Positions 18,801 to 27,227 of a stretch of 40,338 nt of DNA are shown piece by piece (the first letter of the stretch is position 1; every line of letters starts with the position of its first letter). Under the pieces are notes generated by a model. It had not been told where the DNA came from. It saw only the letters and a program-made list of their open reading frames with translations, and made no database searches. This stretch comes from a virus (lineage: Duplodnaviria; Caudoviricetes), in IMG/VR virus record IMGVR_UViG_3300044580_000288, positions 1 to 40,338 of that record; one strand, given 5' to 3'. Made by a program: the position numbers and the translations under genes.

Positions 18801-20948
18801 CTGGAAAGCTTACATTCGGTAATACAGACATTACGTGAAACAGGGAGAGAGGTACAAAAAGGCTTAGTCGAGCAGCGCCAAATCCAAGCAGAAAGACTAA
18901 AAAGCCAAATAGGAGAGACATTAGTAAATCTAAAAGGCTATAAGCAAGAAGAAGGAATAAATACCACCCAAAAAACCGAAGAGCGCATCGTAAATATGCT
19001 CCGTGAAATAGATTATGCTTTCAAGAGCGCGTATAGACAGCTGCGTGATATGGATGGCGGAGTCGATGGAACAAACGTAGAATTCGCATGGAATGAAATG
19101 AATCGTCATTATAGAAATAAGATGCAATGGATAAAAAATCGTCAAAGCGCAATATTGGATGCAATAAAGGCTTCTGGGGCGAAACCCAATGATTGGTTCG
19201 ATGAAATTATCACTATACCAGGCGCGGGTAAAGAAGGGGGAGACGCGATTCTTAGGAAGAGCGATCTCATGGGGATGGCGCTTGCTTTTAGAAATGAGGA
19301 TTCGCGGCAAGCAATGATTTATGGAAATTTATTTTCGGAGCGAGAGAAATCCCAGTGGAGAGATATTGCAAAAGTAAACAAAGAACTTGCGTATCAGCTA
19401 GCAGAAGATGCAGGAGAGAAAAAATTTTATCTTATTAACCAAGCAATACATAATACTCTAAGTCCTGCTGACTGGAATATTCTTGATTCGGTTTTTGAAA
19501 AAGATGCGTCTGAAACTGCGGAACGGCTTATCCCGGTGGTTGCTGACATGACCAATACCGAGATGAAGACAGTCGACCACTATTTCCCATTGATTCGCAG
19601 GGGCGTGGGGAATGAGAAGCTTGCAGAACAGGTTGCAGGAGAGATAATGGATAGAACTCCAGGCTTGCGCAGGCCTCCCGAAAATGGATTTACAAAAGAA
19701 AGAATAAAAATATCTCCATGGAATCAAAAGTCCGTAGAAACGGACTTACTCACGACATGGCTAAAATCAATTGAGCGCCAAGAGCAATATATCCATTTTG
19801 CTCAATACGGACGTGAGCTGGATGCCGTCTATCTCGACAATCTTGTGCAAGAACAAATACGCAATAAATTCGGGGATGCAGGAGTAAAATATATCACTCA
19901 ATATATAGCTGAGGTAAAAAATCCTTCGGAAATAGACCGTGGTAATATGGGAGAAACAGCAATCAGATTCCTGCGCGGGAATCTTGGCGCTTCTTATTTG
20001 GCTTTTAGAACCAGTTCAGTATTAAAGCAGGTAGTGACGAGTCCGTGGCCTGCCCTACCCTATGCAGGGCCGAAACTTTTTACAGAAGCAGTGAAAATGA
20101 TGGCCAACCCTGTCAAATATCTAAAGGATACGGAAGGTCTCTCAGTGATACTTCAAAATCGCAGTTTTGACATAATTTATGATGTGGTAAAAAATGCAAA
20201 CACAAATTCAAAGATAGGAAAGCTTACGAAAGAGGCTGAAGTGATTGGGATGAAAGGGTTGGAATATGCGGATAGGTTTTCAGTAGCGATAGGATGGCGA
20301 GCAGTTTATGAAAAAGCTCTTGAAGAGAATGGAGGCGATCAGCAAAAAGCTATAGAAAAAGCCGATCAAATGGTAATGACCACGCAGCCAATGCAACGCG
20401 GAGTAGACCTTGCGCCTGCTTATCGTGCAAAGCAGCCAAGCATGCAAATTGTGCTACAATTTACCCAGGCATTAAATGTAGTATATCAGCAATTACGATA
20501 TGATCTTCCAGCAGCAATCAAAGCCCATGATCTAAAAACCGCAGTAGGAATTGCAGTGGCCAATGCTATTGCAGGTGCACTTTTACAGGCAATGATCTCA
20601 AGACCGCCGAAAGACCCAGAGAAAAAGGCGGCATGGTGGGCATTCAATGCAATAAGCCAAGCCACTGACTCAATACCACTTATAGGTGAAATGGTCACAA
20701 GGGTAACAAAACGGGCCATTACTGGAGAAAAGACAGAAAAATATACAGATGAAGCACTTCCTGGTATTGCGCAGTTCATGGATGGAATGTACTCTTTAGC
20801 TGGACAGGACGTGGAGAAAGCCCTCACGCAATTCGCCGAGGGGATTGGAACGATAATAGGTCTACCAGTCAGTGCAGTTAAAGAGGCTGGCAGGGCTTTA
20901 TCCGGTGATTATGGCGCACTCATCGGACGACCAAGGAATGAAGAATGA
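12807..20948 (+). CDS. Giant polyvalent ejection protein (zincin metallopeptidase, ADP-ribosyltransferase-like and other modules)
   Basis: 2713 aa; hydrophobic Gly/Ala segment near aa 200-255; HEMVH at 14910-14924 with downstream EEALA; 'YHGSPYEFNEFDLSHIGTGEGEQAFGAGHYFT' ART-like motif; long coiled coil; gp16-like position. Confidence 0.8.
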   Translation: MADFWTEYFKAGEEENKRLLSNPRYPTYNLGESIEKMNQEGFNAYEQGKEPMFPGAPQGFWMPTTIGDAFKNAIKSSPNPEEAEVRLKSAYLLSQTYNIPLPTAIENFDSITQGLYQRALAPKTAWEAIKTTWQAATLGTQIAYKANQLWNKGKDWDFYNDPLWNEIQHLQALMPAQDEIKRSLPVEAAKNLVQFVPSMLEGVKAGALGNLAGAAAGALIGSMLVPGMAVPLVGLTALGGLSSLVAQASLTSLGGQLGSMLQSGQRSKELELGSEFYQMLTYTDPVSGGHYNPKVAWQWAGIYGALAGAVESMEIGTFFQQFPNLGDTITAALSKKAAKVMADPAEQTARAAIVERHFLSWIGDASKKAWAAGGDILSEMVEETTQEALSVLAEETAKKITEEDNGIHLTQATRKEIVDRLVNTAIGTFLGMSAMKVLPGSVKLFVNTQNEGAKTKQELKTAIPTAPTVQPIELTTQTYEAFAKEASKPAPPGITFGRTEQVPGERYTYKLGDSNRKRLESATVDISPSSNESTPGTVTILGFEKKNDPLAMRVLTNKIAAQFPGWDIEIEGKTPQEQALKRWMIENNPRGTDAGINPFSIPRDIPEQASLKAVEDAIRSNKPTWTNEEVTASTYWLTKIAPRFGMTPDDLAANVFHPKVIEPIQPQSPEKTFGMVRRTGFEDGLRSIIGLGPRANPSTIMHEMVHTTLWFALENRDIPQIGQFLDEAESAFGIKNGDWQAPWSGWTEEYEKTAGKNANRSGEEALAYALEDYLAFGKAPNKKAENILAKLGQMVIDLYNGLKKARVNLSPEINQFFDKILEESPVAKEIGMETVEEATGLKPSQIENIRLQKPSETKVEENIAEAQKEPITAAQAQPERIVNPALKDLDIFQGEVELQKTENIRMLQEAQTLDEIGVDQKDILEHTGWQKIRGNWLHNPLYQGVVAYHGSPYEFNEFDLSHIGTGEGEQAFGAGHYFTTNRNIAEWYAKKLADNGLSEYSIDGRHIIVDPFWKYGVNYYAKDGKPLSEMEGLTIYLLRHFGNDKKEVADLVQKQINHEAHVEVLSDLDTSKLYELHNYLLEHDIGLVKKRNLYKVELNPNKNDLWLEYDNPLKEQPQDVQNAIKNLNLGIDNDKLMDMRGQEIYQALMDSTGKNGKEAKLAASQKLSDVGITGIRYPAGTLSGGARNGEYNYVVFKDKDIKIIEHALFQGVQEKENNKQLAPEFESAKRIFGITTNPNEAGYILPNGEMLDFTGRNEAGGYQFINGRWVANGRDYLANERITDHRGIDWEGSENDPLVKQMGRRDAFIEKGAIRVDMRYGLLDMAKAPTAEQLKTIKNFLDVTNGAEIELKDGERHIFFRTEDAPVSKIIGYIRRFYNGEDLTDTVLYQGQKEENSWINKVQDVLSNEIKDSMPGREILEALQSAGIKNEEMEKIGLYNFLDTEEKRSPKEVNEFIQTNGFKINETPKEIEIEQKRQLYQEEVEEPKPIQDEARKMFDEGQTFDDFVSFLESGLVDNDFGIPDLPPEQKMAWYKQQWDSAITPETEPNLADWQKSLIDNDYAKLRMFLQAIYDEVLQKENVTTLPGDDPEEILLKQQESEKAYEMHQEIAEPIIAGAIAVGANTKPLSRHFLASVYGIIRANPEAYARIYGEITGDEKIAALGKQAEATRFKEIEDQRVTTTLGITERARLAEQIKDEKISQAIRSGNFTADEEVQGYVKKIENELKSSKKKIDELNKDIAQAETGIDYQTKTIAKLRAELQNTDKEIEKIQKRIAQYLDNNAAIPPQLESQRRSIINARERLQKQLVEANDWLEINRQIEEQQNKFDNADRRIAEAYARKEEPRQQWVTARSEARKQLRILKAKQSEAASFKNSAQVQTYLAKLEEKNNLQEHYREMMAAQRAVRTMREYRNKLTRQIMRPAAANANVRYKSAISTIQQLARIQSSGHILDKGYIENSIKQLKQKLSSDPAIAQLIPSDVLNDIIGTRLSKLTLNQLESLHSVIQTLRETGREVQKGLVEQRQIQAERLKSQIGETLVNLKGYKQEEGINTTQKTEERIVNMLREIDYAFKSAYRQLRDMDGGVDGTNVEFAWNEMNRHYRNKMQWIKNRQSAILDAIKASGAKPNDWFDEIITIPGAGKEGGDAILRKSDLMGMALAFRNEDSRQAMIYGNLFSEREKSQWRDIAKVNKELAYQLAEDAGEKKFYLINQAIHNTLSPADWNILDSVFEKDASETAERLIPVVADMTNTEMKTVDHYFPLIRRGVGNEKLAEQVAGEIMDRTPGLRRPPENGFTKERIKISPWNQKSVETDLLTTWLKSIERQEQYIHFAQYGRELDAVYLDNLVQEQIRNKFGDAGVKYITQYIAEVKNPSEIDRGNMGETAIRFLRGNLGASYLAFRTSSVLKQVVTSPWPALPYAGPKLFTEAVKMMANPVKYLKDTEGLSVILQNRSFDIIYDVVKNANTNSKIGKLTKEAEVIGMKGLEYADRFSVAIGWRAVYEKALEENGGDQQKAIEKADQMVMTTQPMQRGVDLAPAYRAKQPSMQIVLQFTQALNVVYQQLRYDLPAAIKAHDLKTAVGIAVANAIAGALLQAMISRPPKDPEKKAAWWAFNAISQATDSIPLIGEMVTRVTKRAITGEKTEKYTDEALPGIAQFMDGMYSLAGQDVEKALTQFAEGIGTIIGLPVSAVKEAGRALSGDYGALIGRPRNEE

Positions 20949-23900
20949 GCGCCAACGTCCTAAATGAAGTCACAGAAGATCAACTTTTTACTGGAAATGT
21001 TGAAATACTTGGTGAAATAAATAACCAAAGTATAAATAATATTATTACAAAACTCGAAAAATCCTCGGTTGTCATTCAGACAGTCAAGGGTGATTTTACT
21101 GATTATATCGCTAGTATAGTCTCGGATAGCATAATTGATATCACTGAAAAGCTTACAATAAGACAATTATGGAATGAGATTGAAACAGAATATCCATTAA
21201 TCCTGCAACGTGCCGCTGATCTTGGAATTCCACCGACAGATACAATGTATATTGCTTACCAAAATAGGTATGCAGAGCTTGAGGAACTTCTTTTCGGTAA
21301 TAATGGGATACTTCTTGATATGACAACGCCTTCAATCGTTGATAAGGTTGAAGTGCAAAACTGCTTCTATGAATATTATACCGCTAGAGAAGCTCTTATT
21401 TCCGGCAGCGTAGACAAAATCGTCGATTGGTTTGAGCAGACCGAGCGTGAAATTGCCGCAGTTCGCATGGGAGACCTAATAGATGGCGCAATTACAAGAG
21501 CAAAACTCGAAGCTGGGTTTTTAGAGGAGCATGATTCGCTTATTACAGACATAGCCTTTATAATGCCTCAGCATCAGAAAATTATAGAGCACATATATCC
21601 TTATGGCATTGATAAAATATCTTTGCCTAATATTCAAGGGCAAACGCTTACACGAGTAGAGGCACTTGCGAATGCGCTCGATGAGGAAATATTAAATAGG
21701 GATGCTTATTTTATCCTTACTGATAATAAATTCCAGTTGCTATTTAAAAAAGTAGCCGATGATGAGACATTGCTTACATCCTTATCAGTTTTGCCAGGTG
21801 TAATTGAGACCATTACCGGGCAGATAACAAATCATGGCTCACGAATAGGGGCACTTGAGGTAGGCTATAATAGCATCCAGACAACACTTTCAGAGCTAAA
21901 TGTCGGCGGTGAAATTATCAATTTATCTTTAATAAGTCAGAATGCTGATAGAATAGCATCAATCGTTTCAAATGGTGGCTATATTGATGATAACAATATT
22001 TTTCATCCGACAAAAGCCTATACAGAGGTCCAACAATTAACAGACAGGTTTCAATTATTCATTCAGGGCAGCGGAAATGATGCTGCAGCTATTACCGCAT
22101 GGATTGCGACAAAAGATGAAATATCGCAATTCATTACATCGACAGAATTAGATGATGAATTGGACCCTATAAGAACTGATATTTCTAGCTTCCAACAAAC
22201 TGCCGATGAAATTACTCTTCAAGTATCTCAATTCAATGAAATGCTTGATTTTAATAACTACGAAACACGTGAAGCCTACCTCGCAGCACTAGAGGAGCTA
22301 GGAGCTCAGGCGACCGCAGGGATTATTGTAATACAAAACAGAATCGACTTCTTTGTGCAAGAACAAACTGACACTAATACGCAATTATATTCTGCTATAT
22401 CTATGCAAGCAGATCGTATTACTGCCGAGGTGGCAAGAGCTACAAACGCAGAAGGAATATTATCCTTCAATACTTCTGCGGCAATTCAAATGCAGGCAGA
22501 TAGGATCACTGCCGAAGTTAATAGAGCTAGCGAAGCCGAAGGTAATTTACAGGCATCTATACAGCTTCTAGATAATAGCATAACCGCAGAAGTTACCCGC
22601 GCATCTGGCGAAGAAACTAATCTTGCTGCCGCAATCCAAATTCAGGCTGATAGAATCACCGCAGCGGTAGAAGATTATCAGAACGCTGATACACAAATCT
22701 ATGCAGCGATCCAAATGGAGGCAGATAGAATCACAGCCGAGGTCTCACGTGCCACTGCGAGTGAAGATGATATAAGCAACACGCTTAGCTCAGCAATACA
22801 GATTCAAGCAGATCGAATCACAGCTGAAGTGAGTCGTGCCACAGGCGCAGAATCTGCGATGCAATCAGATATAGTGCAATTGTCGAATCAGATAATTAGC
22901 GAAGTGCAAGCAAGAATCAGTCAAGATTCGAGCCTAAATAGTCAGATCGTGCAAGCATTCGATTCAATCGCCACGAGAATTCAAGCAAAAACCTATAATC
23001 CAAACACAGGTCAATATGATGTTGCCACAGAAGCATTTATGGCGCTTCAAGTGAAATTGCCAGAGACAATGAGCGCAGAGCGCCGCCAATCTATAGTGGC
23101 TATATTAACCAGTGGGGAATTAACGATATTTAATCGGCTCTATGAATCATATACAGCATCATGGCGCGGTGGAAGCGAAACTCGATATAGGCTCGTGGCA
23201 CATCCGATTCAAGCCGATATCGATTCAATGACTGCGACGTTCAGGACAAAAGGGCTTCTTTCATCGCAATTCCTTGTTGATGCCGAAGAAATATTCATGA
23301 AGGGTACACTTACAGGTGAATATATAAAAGCAAACTCAATCACTGCAAGCGAGATTGATACTTCAAATCTTTATATACACTGGGATCATCTGTCAGATGT
23401 CCCAAATTTTGGAGACCTAGCCTTTGCAGATACGGTAGATATCTCGAAAGTGCTTAAAAACGGCCAGACAATTATTTCAGGCGGATTCATTAAGACTGAA
23501 CTTATAAATGCAGCAGCGTTGGTTATTGGCTATAATCAAATATCTAATCCTCCAAACTTTGGCGCAATGGCTTTCGAGGATGCAGTAGAACTTTCAAAAC
23601 TAGGCACAACTATAATTTCAGGCGGCTATATTAAGACAGACCTAATAGACGTAAGCGCAATTAAAGCTTATGAAGGGTTCTTTAATGATATTACGGTAAC
23701 AGGACGGATTTATTTTAGTGAATTAAGTCCGACAAATATATTCACCTACGGTGATACAACAACGATAGTAAATAATCCATCATTTGTATTAAACGGAGAT
23801 AGTGGGGTATACACCAGACAACTGGCAAAGAAAATATGGTGCGGTGGAACATTTAAAGTAATCACTTATCTTGATAACGCTTACGCTATGGGAGGAACAA

Positions 23901-24118
23901 TTTATTGCAGAATATATATCAATGGATCGCCTGTTGGAATTGAGCATTCAGTGACTAATGGGTCTGGCAGCTGGACAGAGAATATAACCTTGCCATCAGG
24001 TGGTGGGCAAATAGAATTTTGGACAAAAATCACTTATTCAATAAAGCAAATGTATGGCGGAATGGTTATTAAAGTTAATGAAATTATATCTCATTCTATG
24101 GAACTATTACTGTTATAA
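20945..24118 (+). CDS. Tail fibre / host-specificity-type structural protein with coiled-coil repeats
   Basis: 1057 aa; about six 'IQMQADRITAEVxRA' repeats (22390-22860); duplicated 'PNFG..AF.D.V..SK...TIISGG.IKT.LI' unit (23400-23650); beta-rich C-terminus. Confidence 0.7.
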   Translation: MSANVLNEVTEDQLFTGNVEILGEINNQSINNIITKLEKSSVVIQTVKGDFTDYIASIVSDSIIDITEKLTIRQLWNEIETEYPLILQRAADLGIPPTDTMYIAYQNRYAELEELLFGNNGILLDMTTPSIVDKVEVQNCFYEYYTAREALISGSVDKIVDWFEQTEREIAAVRMGDLIDGAITRAKLEAGFLEEHDSLITDIAFIMPQHQKIIEHIYPYGIDKISLPNIQGQTLTRVEALANALDEEILNRDAYFILTDNKFQLLFKKVADDETLLTSLSVLPGVIETITGQITNHGSRIGALEVGYNSIQTTLSELNVGGEIINLSLISQNADRIASIVSNGGYIDDNNIFHPTKAYTEVQQLTDRFQLFIQGSGNDAAAITAWIATKDEISQFITSTELDDELDPIRTDISSFQQTADEITLQVSQFNEMLDFNNYETREAYLAALEELGAQATAGIIVIQNRIDFFVQEQTDTNTQLYSAISMQADRITAEVARATNAEGILSFNTSAAIQMQADRITAEVNRASEAEGNLQASIQLLDNSITAEVTRASGEETNLAAAIQIQADRITAAVEDYQNADTQIYAAIQMEADRITAEVSRATASEDDISNTLSSAIQIQADRITAEVSRATGAESAMQSDIVQLSNQIISEVQARISQDSSLNSQIVQAFDSIATRIQAKTYNPNTGQYDVATEAFMALQVKLPETMSAERRQSIVAILTSGELTIFNRLYESYTASWRGGSETRYRLVAHPIQADIDSMTATFRTKGLLSSQFLVDAEEIFMKGTLTGEYIKANSITASEIDTSNLYIHWDHLSDVPNFGDLAFADTVDISKVLKNGQTIISGGFIKTELINAAALVIGYNQISNPPNFGAMAFEDAVELSKLGTTIISGGYIKTDLIDVSAIKAYEGFFNDITVTGRIYFSELSPTNIFTYGDTTTIVNNPSFVLNGDSGVYTRQLAKKIWCGGTFKVITYLDNAYAMGGTIYCRIYINGSPVGIEHSVTNGSGSWTENITLPSGGGQIEFWTKITYSIKQMYGGMVIKVNEIISHSMELLLL

Positions 24119-24129
24119 GAGAGGTAAAT

Positions 24130-24300
24130 ATGGACGAATTAGCAATTTCAAAAAAACTTGCAGCTGAGATTATGGCGTATCTCGCAAAACAGCCTTGCCA
24201 AGAGGTTTATGCGATGTACACAGAACTAGGTTCTTTGCTCATAAAAGCCGAGCAGAAGAAGAAAACAGAGATCATATCGCCAGATATAAAGGAGAAATAA
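24130..24300 (+). CDS. Small hypothetical protein, 56 aa (not in ORF track); possible fibre chaperone
   Basis: GAGGT RBS; MDELAISKKLAAEIMAYLAKQPCQEVYAM...; fills the gap exactly. Confidence 0.7.
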   Translation: MDELAISKKLAAEIMAYLAKQPCQEVYAMYTELGSLLIKAEQKKKTEIISPDIKEK

Positions 24301-24630
24301 ATGCAGATTTTATCGCCCGATATGCTCACGAACGGAATACTCGGAGTTAATCACGAAATCACCTTGAATGCTACCACAAACGATGTCGCATTCCCAATTC
24401 CGGGACGGCTTAATGCACTCACATGGCAGGCGTATATCGATGGAACTGGTAGTTATGAAGTACAGACAACATGTAATAAGCCATCGACAGTACAGGGTGG
24501 AACTGCGCATTGGTATAGTGCTGGCGGTGTTAGAAATGCGTCCGCACAAGTGACGATGCCTGCACGGGTGACATATATTCGGTTCATCCGTAATTCTGGA
24601 ACAATTTTAATCGCATTTTATGCGGCTTAA
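24301..24630 (+). CDS. Small beta-sandwich virion protein, paralog 1
   Basis: AAGGAG RBS; alignable with the next gene. Confidence 0.75.
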   Translation: MQILSPDMLTNGILGVNHEITLNATTNDVAFPIPGRLNALTWQAYIDGTGSYEVQTTCNKPSTVQGGTAHWYSAGGVRNASAQVTMPARVTYIRFIRNSGTILIAFYAA

Positions 24631-24642
24631 AGGAGTAAAAAT

Positions 24643-24981
24643 ATGGGAGAAACACTAGAGCAAGTCGAATACAAATTGCGGCAAACAAATATCTACCTTA
24701 ATGAAGAAGGGACGATCAGTGCCGCAAAAACAAATGCAGTGATACCGGTACCGCCATGGGCGGAAGTGACCTTGCAATGCTATGTATCATCAGCTCCCGC
24801 GGAGTTTCAAGTGCTCGTCACCGCAAATAAGCATGAGACTATTCAAAATGGGACACCGCGATGGTTCGCTCTTGGAGCAAATAAAACAGATCACCTACAA
24901 ATTGTGCTGCCAGAGAAGGTGACGGGGATCAAACTCGTGCGCGTGAGTGGCACGATAAACTGGGCGGTCGTTGCCGCCTAA
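24643..24981 (+). CDS. Small beta-sandwich virion protein, paralog 2
   Basis: AAGGAG RBS; alignable with the previous gene. Confidence 0.75.
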   Translation: MGETLEQVEYKLRQTNIYLNEEGTISAAKTNAVIPVPPWAEVTLQCYVSSAPAEFQVLVTANKHETIQNGTPRWFALGANKTDHLQIVLPEKVTGIKLVRVSGTINWAVVAA

Positions 24982-24996
24982 TAAAAAGGAGTAAAT

Positions 24997-26565
24997 ATGT
25001 CTGAACCAATGAGTTCTTTACCGTATCTCATGACAAACACGGAAGATATGGATGCGCAGAACATCCTCACGAAACTGAGGACGGTTGATGGCCCATCGAG
25101 CGATCTCAATGCTGATTTGCTCGACGACAAGCAGGGAGCCGAATATTTCGTAAAAGCCTCGGACAATGCCGACAGTATTCTTGCAGGTTCTACCAATGAG
25201 ATACCTCCCAAAGAAGTCGCCACTGAGGCAAAGCAGACTACCGCGGCGAGTGCATGGTCTCCACCGCGTTTTGAACTACTTGATCCTGCACGGTTCCATT
25301 TGGAGCGGATTTCGGGCGGCCGCGCATCAATTCGATACTCATCGAGTGGAAAAGTACCAATCGAGGTCGTCTGGGTTGAAGCATTCAACTGCGCCGACGT
25401 TTCTCCAGATTTCTGTCGATCAAGGGCAAACAATACCCTATATTCTATTGGCCAACTTCTCATGGCCAATGGACAGCTTTATGAAGTCACTACTGGCGGT
25501 ACCACTGGTTCTTCTGCACCTACCTATCCAAGCACTGTGGGCCAAAGCGTCGCTGATGGCTCTGCGGTACTTACGCTTATTCAGAACTCCTATGATGATC
25601 TCTACCCCGCGTTCTCTGTCGCAGGAACCAAAAAAGCAGGTCTTTGGTACTCGCGCTTTCTATGCGATGTCGTCTCTGGTAAGCCGCGTTCTATCGCAGG
25701 CCAACTGCCAAGCTACGCGACGATAGATCAGATTCGCTCCTATGCGACCGCTTTTGGCGGCGGCGCTTCTCCAATGACCTACTGGGACTACGAGGCACTC
25801 GCTCTGGATGCGTTCCGCAAAGGGATAATCCCGGTGGGGAATACCTATTATGGCCGATCACACAAAACCGTCGAGGGCGTTTGGGGCGGTATTCGCGGAG
25901 ACCTAAAAAAGAACGGAGATCCAACAGGAAGCGGGGTGACTCGTGGCGGCTCTGCGGGGCCAATATGGACGCATGATCGCTCTCTATGGGGAGTGCATGA
26001 TTTTGTCGGAAATTATTACCGCTGGGTAGATGGTGTGAAATGGATGGACGGACAACTCTATATCCACGCCGTTGATAATGATCCAACTCTCCTCACCGCG
26101 GTTGAAGAAGGATCATGGATTGCGACAGGAATATTCTTAAATTCACCAGTAGCAGGCAATGATGCTGGAAACGACAACCTTGGTGCCCCAAACTTTGATT
26201 CAGTAGTCACGCATTATACTGCATCAGTAACACCTCCGCGCACGATTGCTGAAATACAGGCTGATACCCGCGATTTAGATTATGCGGGCCAAACATGGGG
26301 ATCAATTGTAGTGTCAAGCGGAATTGATTCGGTAGATGCTGCGATGCGTTTATTGGCTTTTAGGATGTGCATTCTACCCAAGATTCGTTCTTCTGGCCCA
26401 GCTCCTTTTACAACTCAAGAAGGCTACCTCTGGATACGCAACAATGGTGAGCGGTTCGCGCGTCGGGCTGGCTTCTATTACAACACGTCGGGCGCAGGGC
26501 CTAAGTTCATCCGCGCGTACAGCCGTCGGTCTGACCCGTACGCCTTCGCTCTCGTTTTTAGGTAA
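24997..26565 (+). CDS. DGR target: receptor-binding tail fibre with C-terminal C-type lectin/FGE-like domain (Mtd-like)
   Basis: N-terminal fibre motif 'VDGPSSDLNADLLD'; 'GPIWTHDRSLWGVHDFVGNYYRWVDG' FGE/CLec-like motif; 3' end carries the VR. Confidence 0.9.
   Translation: MSEPMSSLPYLMTNTEDMDAQNILTKLRTVDGPSSDLNADLLDDKQGAEYFVKASDNADSILAGSTNEIPPKEVATEAKQTTAASAWSPPRFELLDPARFHLERISGGRASIRYSSSGKVPIEVVWVEAFNCADVSPDFCRSRANNTLYSIGQLLMANGQLYEVTTGGTTGSSAPTYPSTVGQSVADGSAVLTLIQNSYDDLYPAFSVAGTKKAGLWYSRFLCDVVSGKPRSIAGQLPSYATIDQIRSYATAFGGGASPMTYWDYEALALDAFRKGIIPVGNTYYGRSHKTVEGVWGGIRGDLKKNGDPTGSGVTRGGSAGPIWTHDRSLWGVHDFVGNYYRWVDGVKWMDGQLYIHAVDNDPTLLTAVEEGSWIATGIFLNSPVAGNDAGNDNLGAPNFDSVVTHYTASVTPPRTIAEIQADTRDLDYAGQTWGSIVVSSGIDSVDAAMRLLAFRMCILPKIRSSGPAPFTTQEGYLWIRNNGERFARRAGFYYNTSGAGPKFIRAYSRRSDPYAFALVFR
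26451..26556 (+). repeat. DGR variable repeat (VR)
   Basis: 106-bp ungapped match to 26968-27073 with 15 mismatches, 14 of them at TR adenines. Confidence 0.97.
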
Positions 26566-26602
26566 TCTGAGCCCTGATTTCTGTTATCTGAAAGGTGGTG
26601 AT

Positions 26603-26953
26603 ATGGAACCGTTTGCATTATCGCAGAAACTCGAAGATCTCGCAGTAGAGGTACACGAGGCAATGCAGCAATATCCCAAGAGTGAGAAATATGGGCTTGC
26701 AAAAGAAACCGATCTTTGTGTGATCCGCGCAGCGGCGATGGTAGCAAGAGCAAATAAATTAAGCGGATATCGAGAGAAGCGAGAATGTATCGATAAAGCA
26801 GACAATGAACTTGCGATACTCAAAATAATGCTACGGCTTGGCAACAGGCTTAAATATATCTCGAATGGCAGGTATGGAATAATCGCTGGCCTCGTTGTCG
26901 AGGCTGGGAAAATGATTGGCGGGTGGATCAAGTCATCCGCAATAAAGGGATAA
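26603..26953 (+). CDS. avd: DGR accessory variability determinant (four-helix bundle)
   Basis: ATG 26603 after AGGTGG; 'QYPKSEKYGLA', 'LKIMLRLG..LKYIS...Y', 'EAGKMIGGWIKS' motifs; lies between VR and TR. Confidence 0.93.
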   Translation: MEPFALSQKLEDLAVEVHEAMQQYPKSEKYGLAKETDLCVIRAAAMVARANKLSGYREKRECIDKADNELAILKIMLRLGNRLKYISNGRYGIIAGLVVEAGKMIGGWIKSSAIKG

Positions 26954-26967
26954 GGCTGCATTATGGG

Positions 26968-27073
26968 GCGGTTCGCGCTACGGGCTGGCAACTATAACAA
27001 CACGTCGAACGCAGGGCCTAAGTACATCAACGCGAACAACCGTCGGTCTAACACGAACGCCTTCGCTCTCGTT
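26968..27073 (+). repeat. DGR template repeat (TR)
   Basis: AAC-rich copy of the VR (9 in-frame AAC triplets, 27 adenines) between avd and RT. Confidence 0.97.
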
Positions 27074-27227
27074 CTCATTGAAGGCCAGTTTCCTTTAGCT
27101 CACGGGCTACAGGTCAGAGCAGTCAATAAAAAGAGCTTTATCCCTTCCCTTAATAGGGAAAATATTTACAGGTACATGCGACCAGTAGGCATATCTGAAC
27201 GCCGCATTGTGCTCCTTTTTATTGTAT
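27074..27227 (+). ncRNA. Structured TR-RT spacer of the DGR RNA
   Basis: CAATAAAAAG (27124-33) pairs with CTTTTTATTG (27215-24), enclosing TTCCCT-taat-AGGGAA and ATGCG/CGCAT stems. Confidence 0.6.

Noticed and set aside
618-21335. Numerous minus-strand ORFs across the structural module
   Set aside because: They are antisense shadows of long, tightly packed plus-strand genes and show no independent motifs.
22390-22860. CRISPR-like repeat-spacer pattern
   Set aside because: The repeats are degenerate at third codon positions and in frame, so they are protein repeats; no cas genes.
20945-24981. A second VR in other tail genes
   Set aside because: No TR-like sequence was seen by eye at their 3' ends; a local alignment of TR against the whole genome would settle it.
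25166-25726. 186-aa alternate-frame ORF inside the DGR target
   Set aside because: No RBS or recognisable motif; likely a shadow ORF in a GC-richer stretch.
26336-26602. N-terminal extension of avd in the ORF track
   Set aside because: It overlaps the target gene; the real start is ATG 26603 with its own RBS and gives a typical Avd size.
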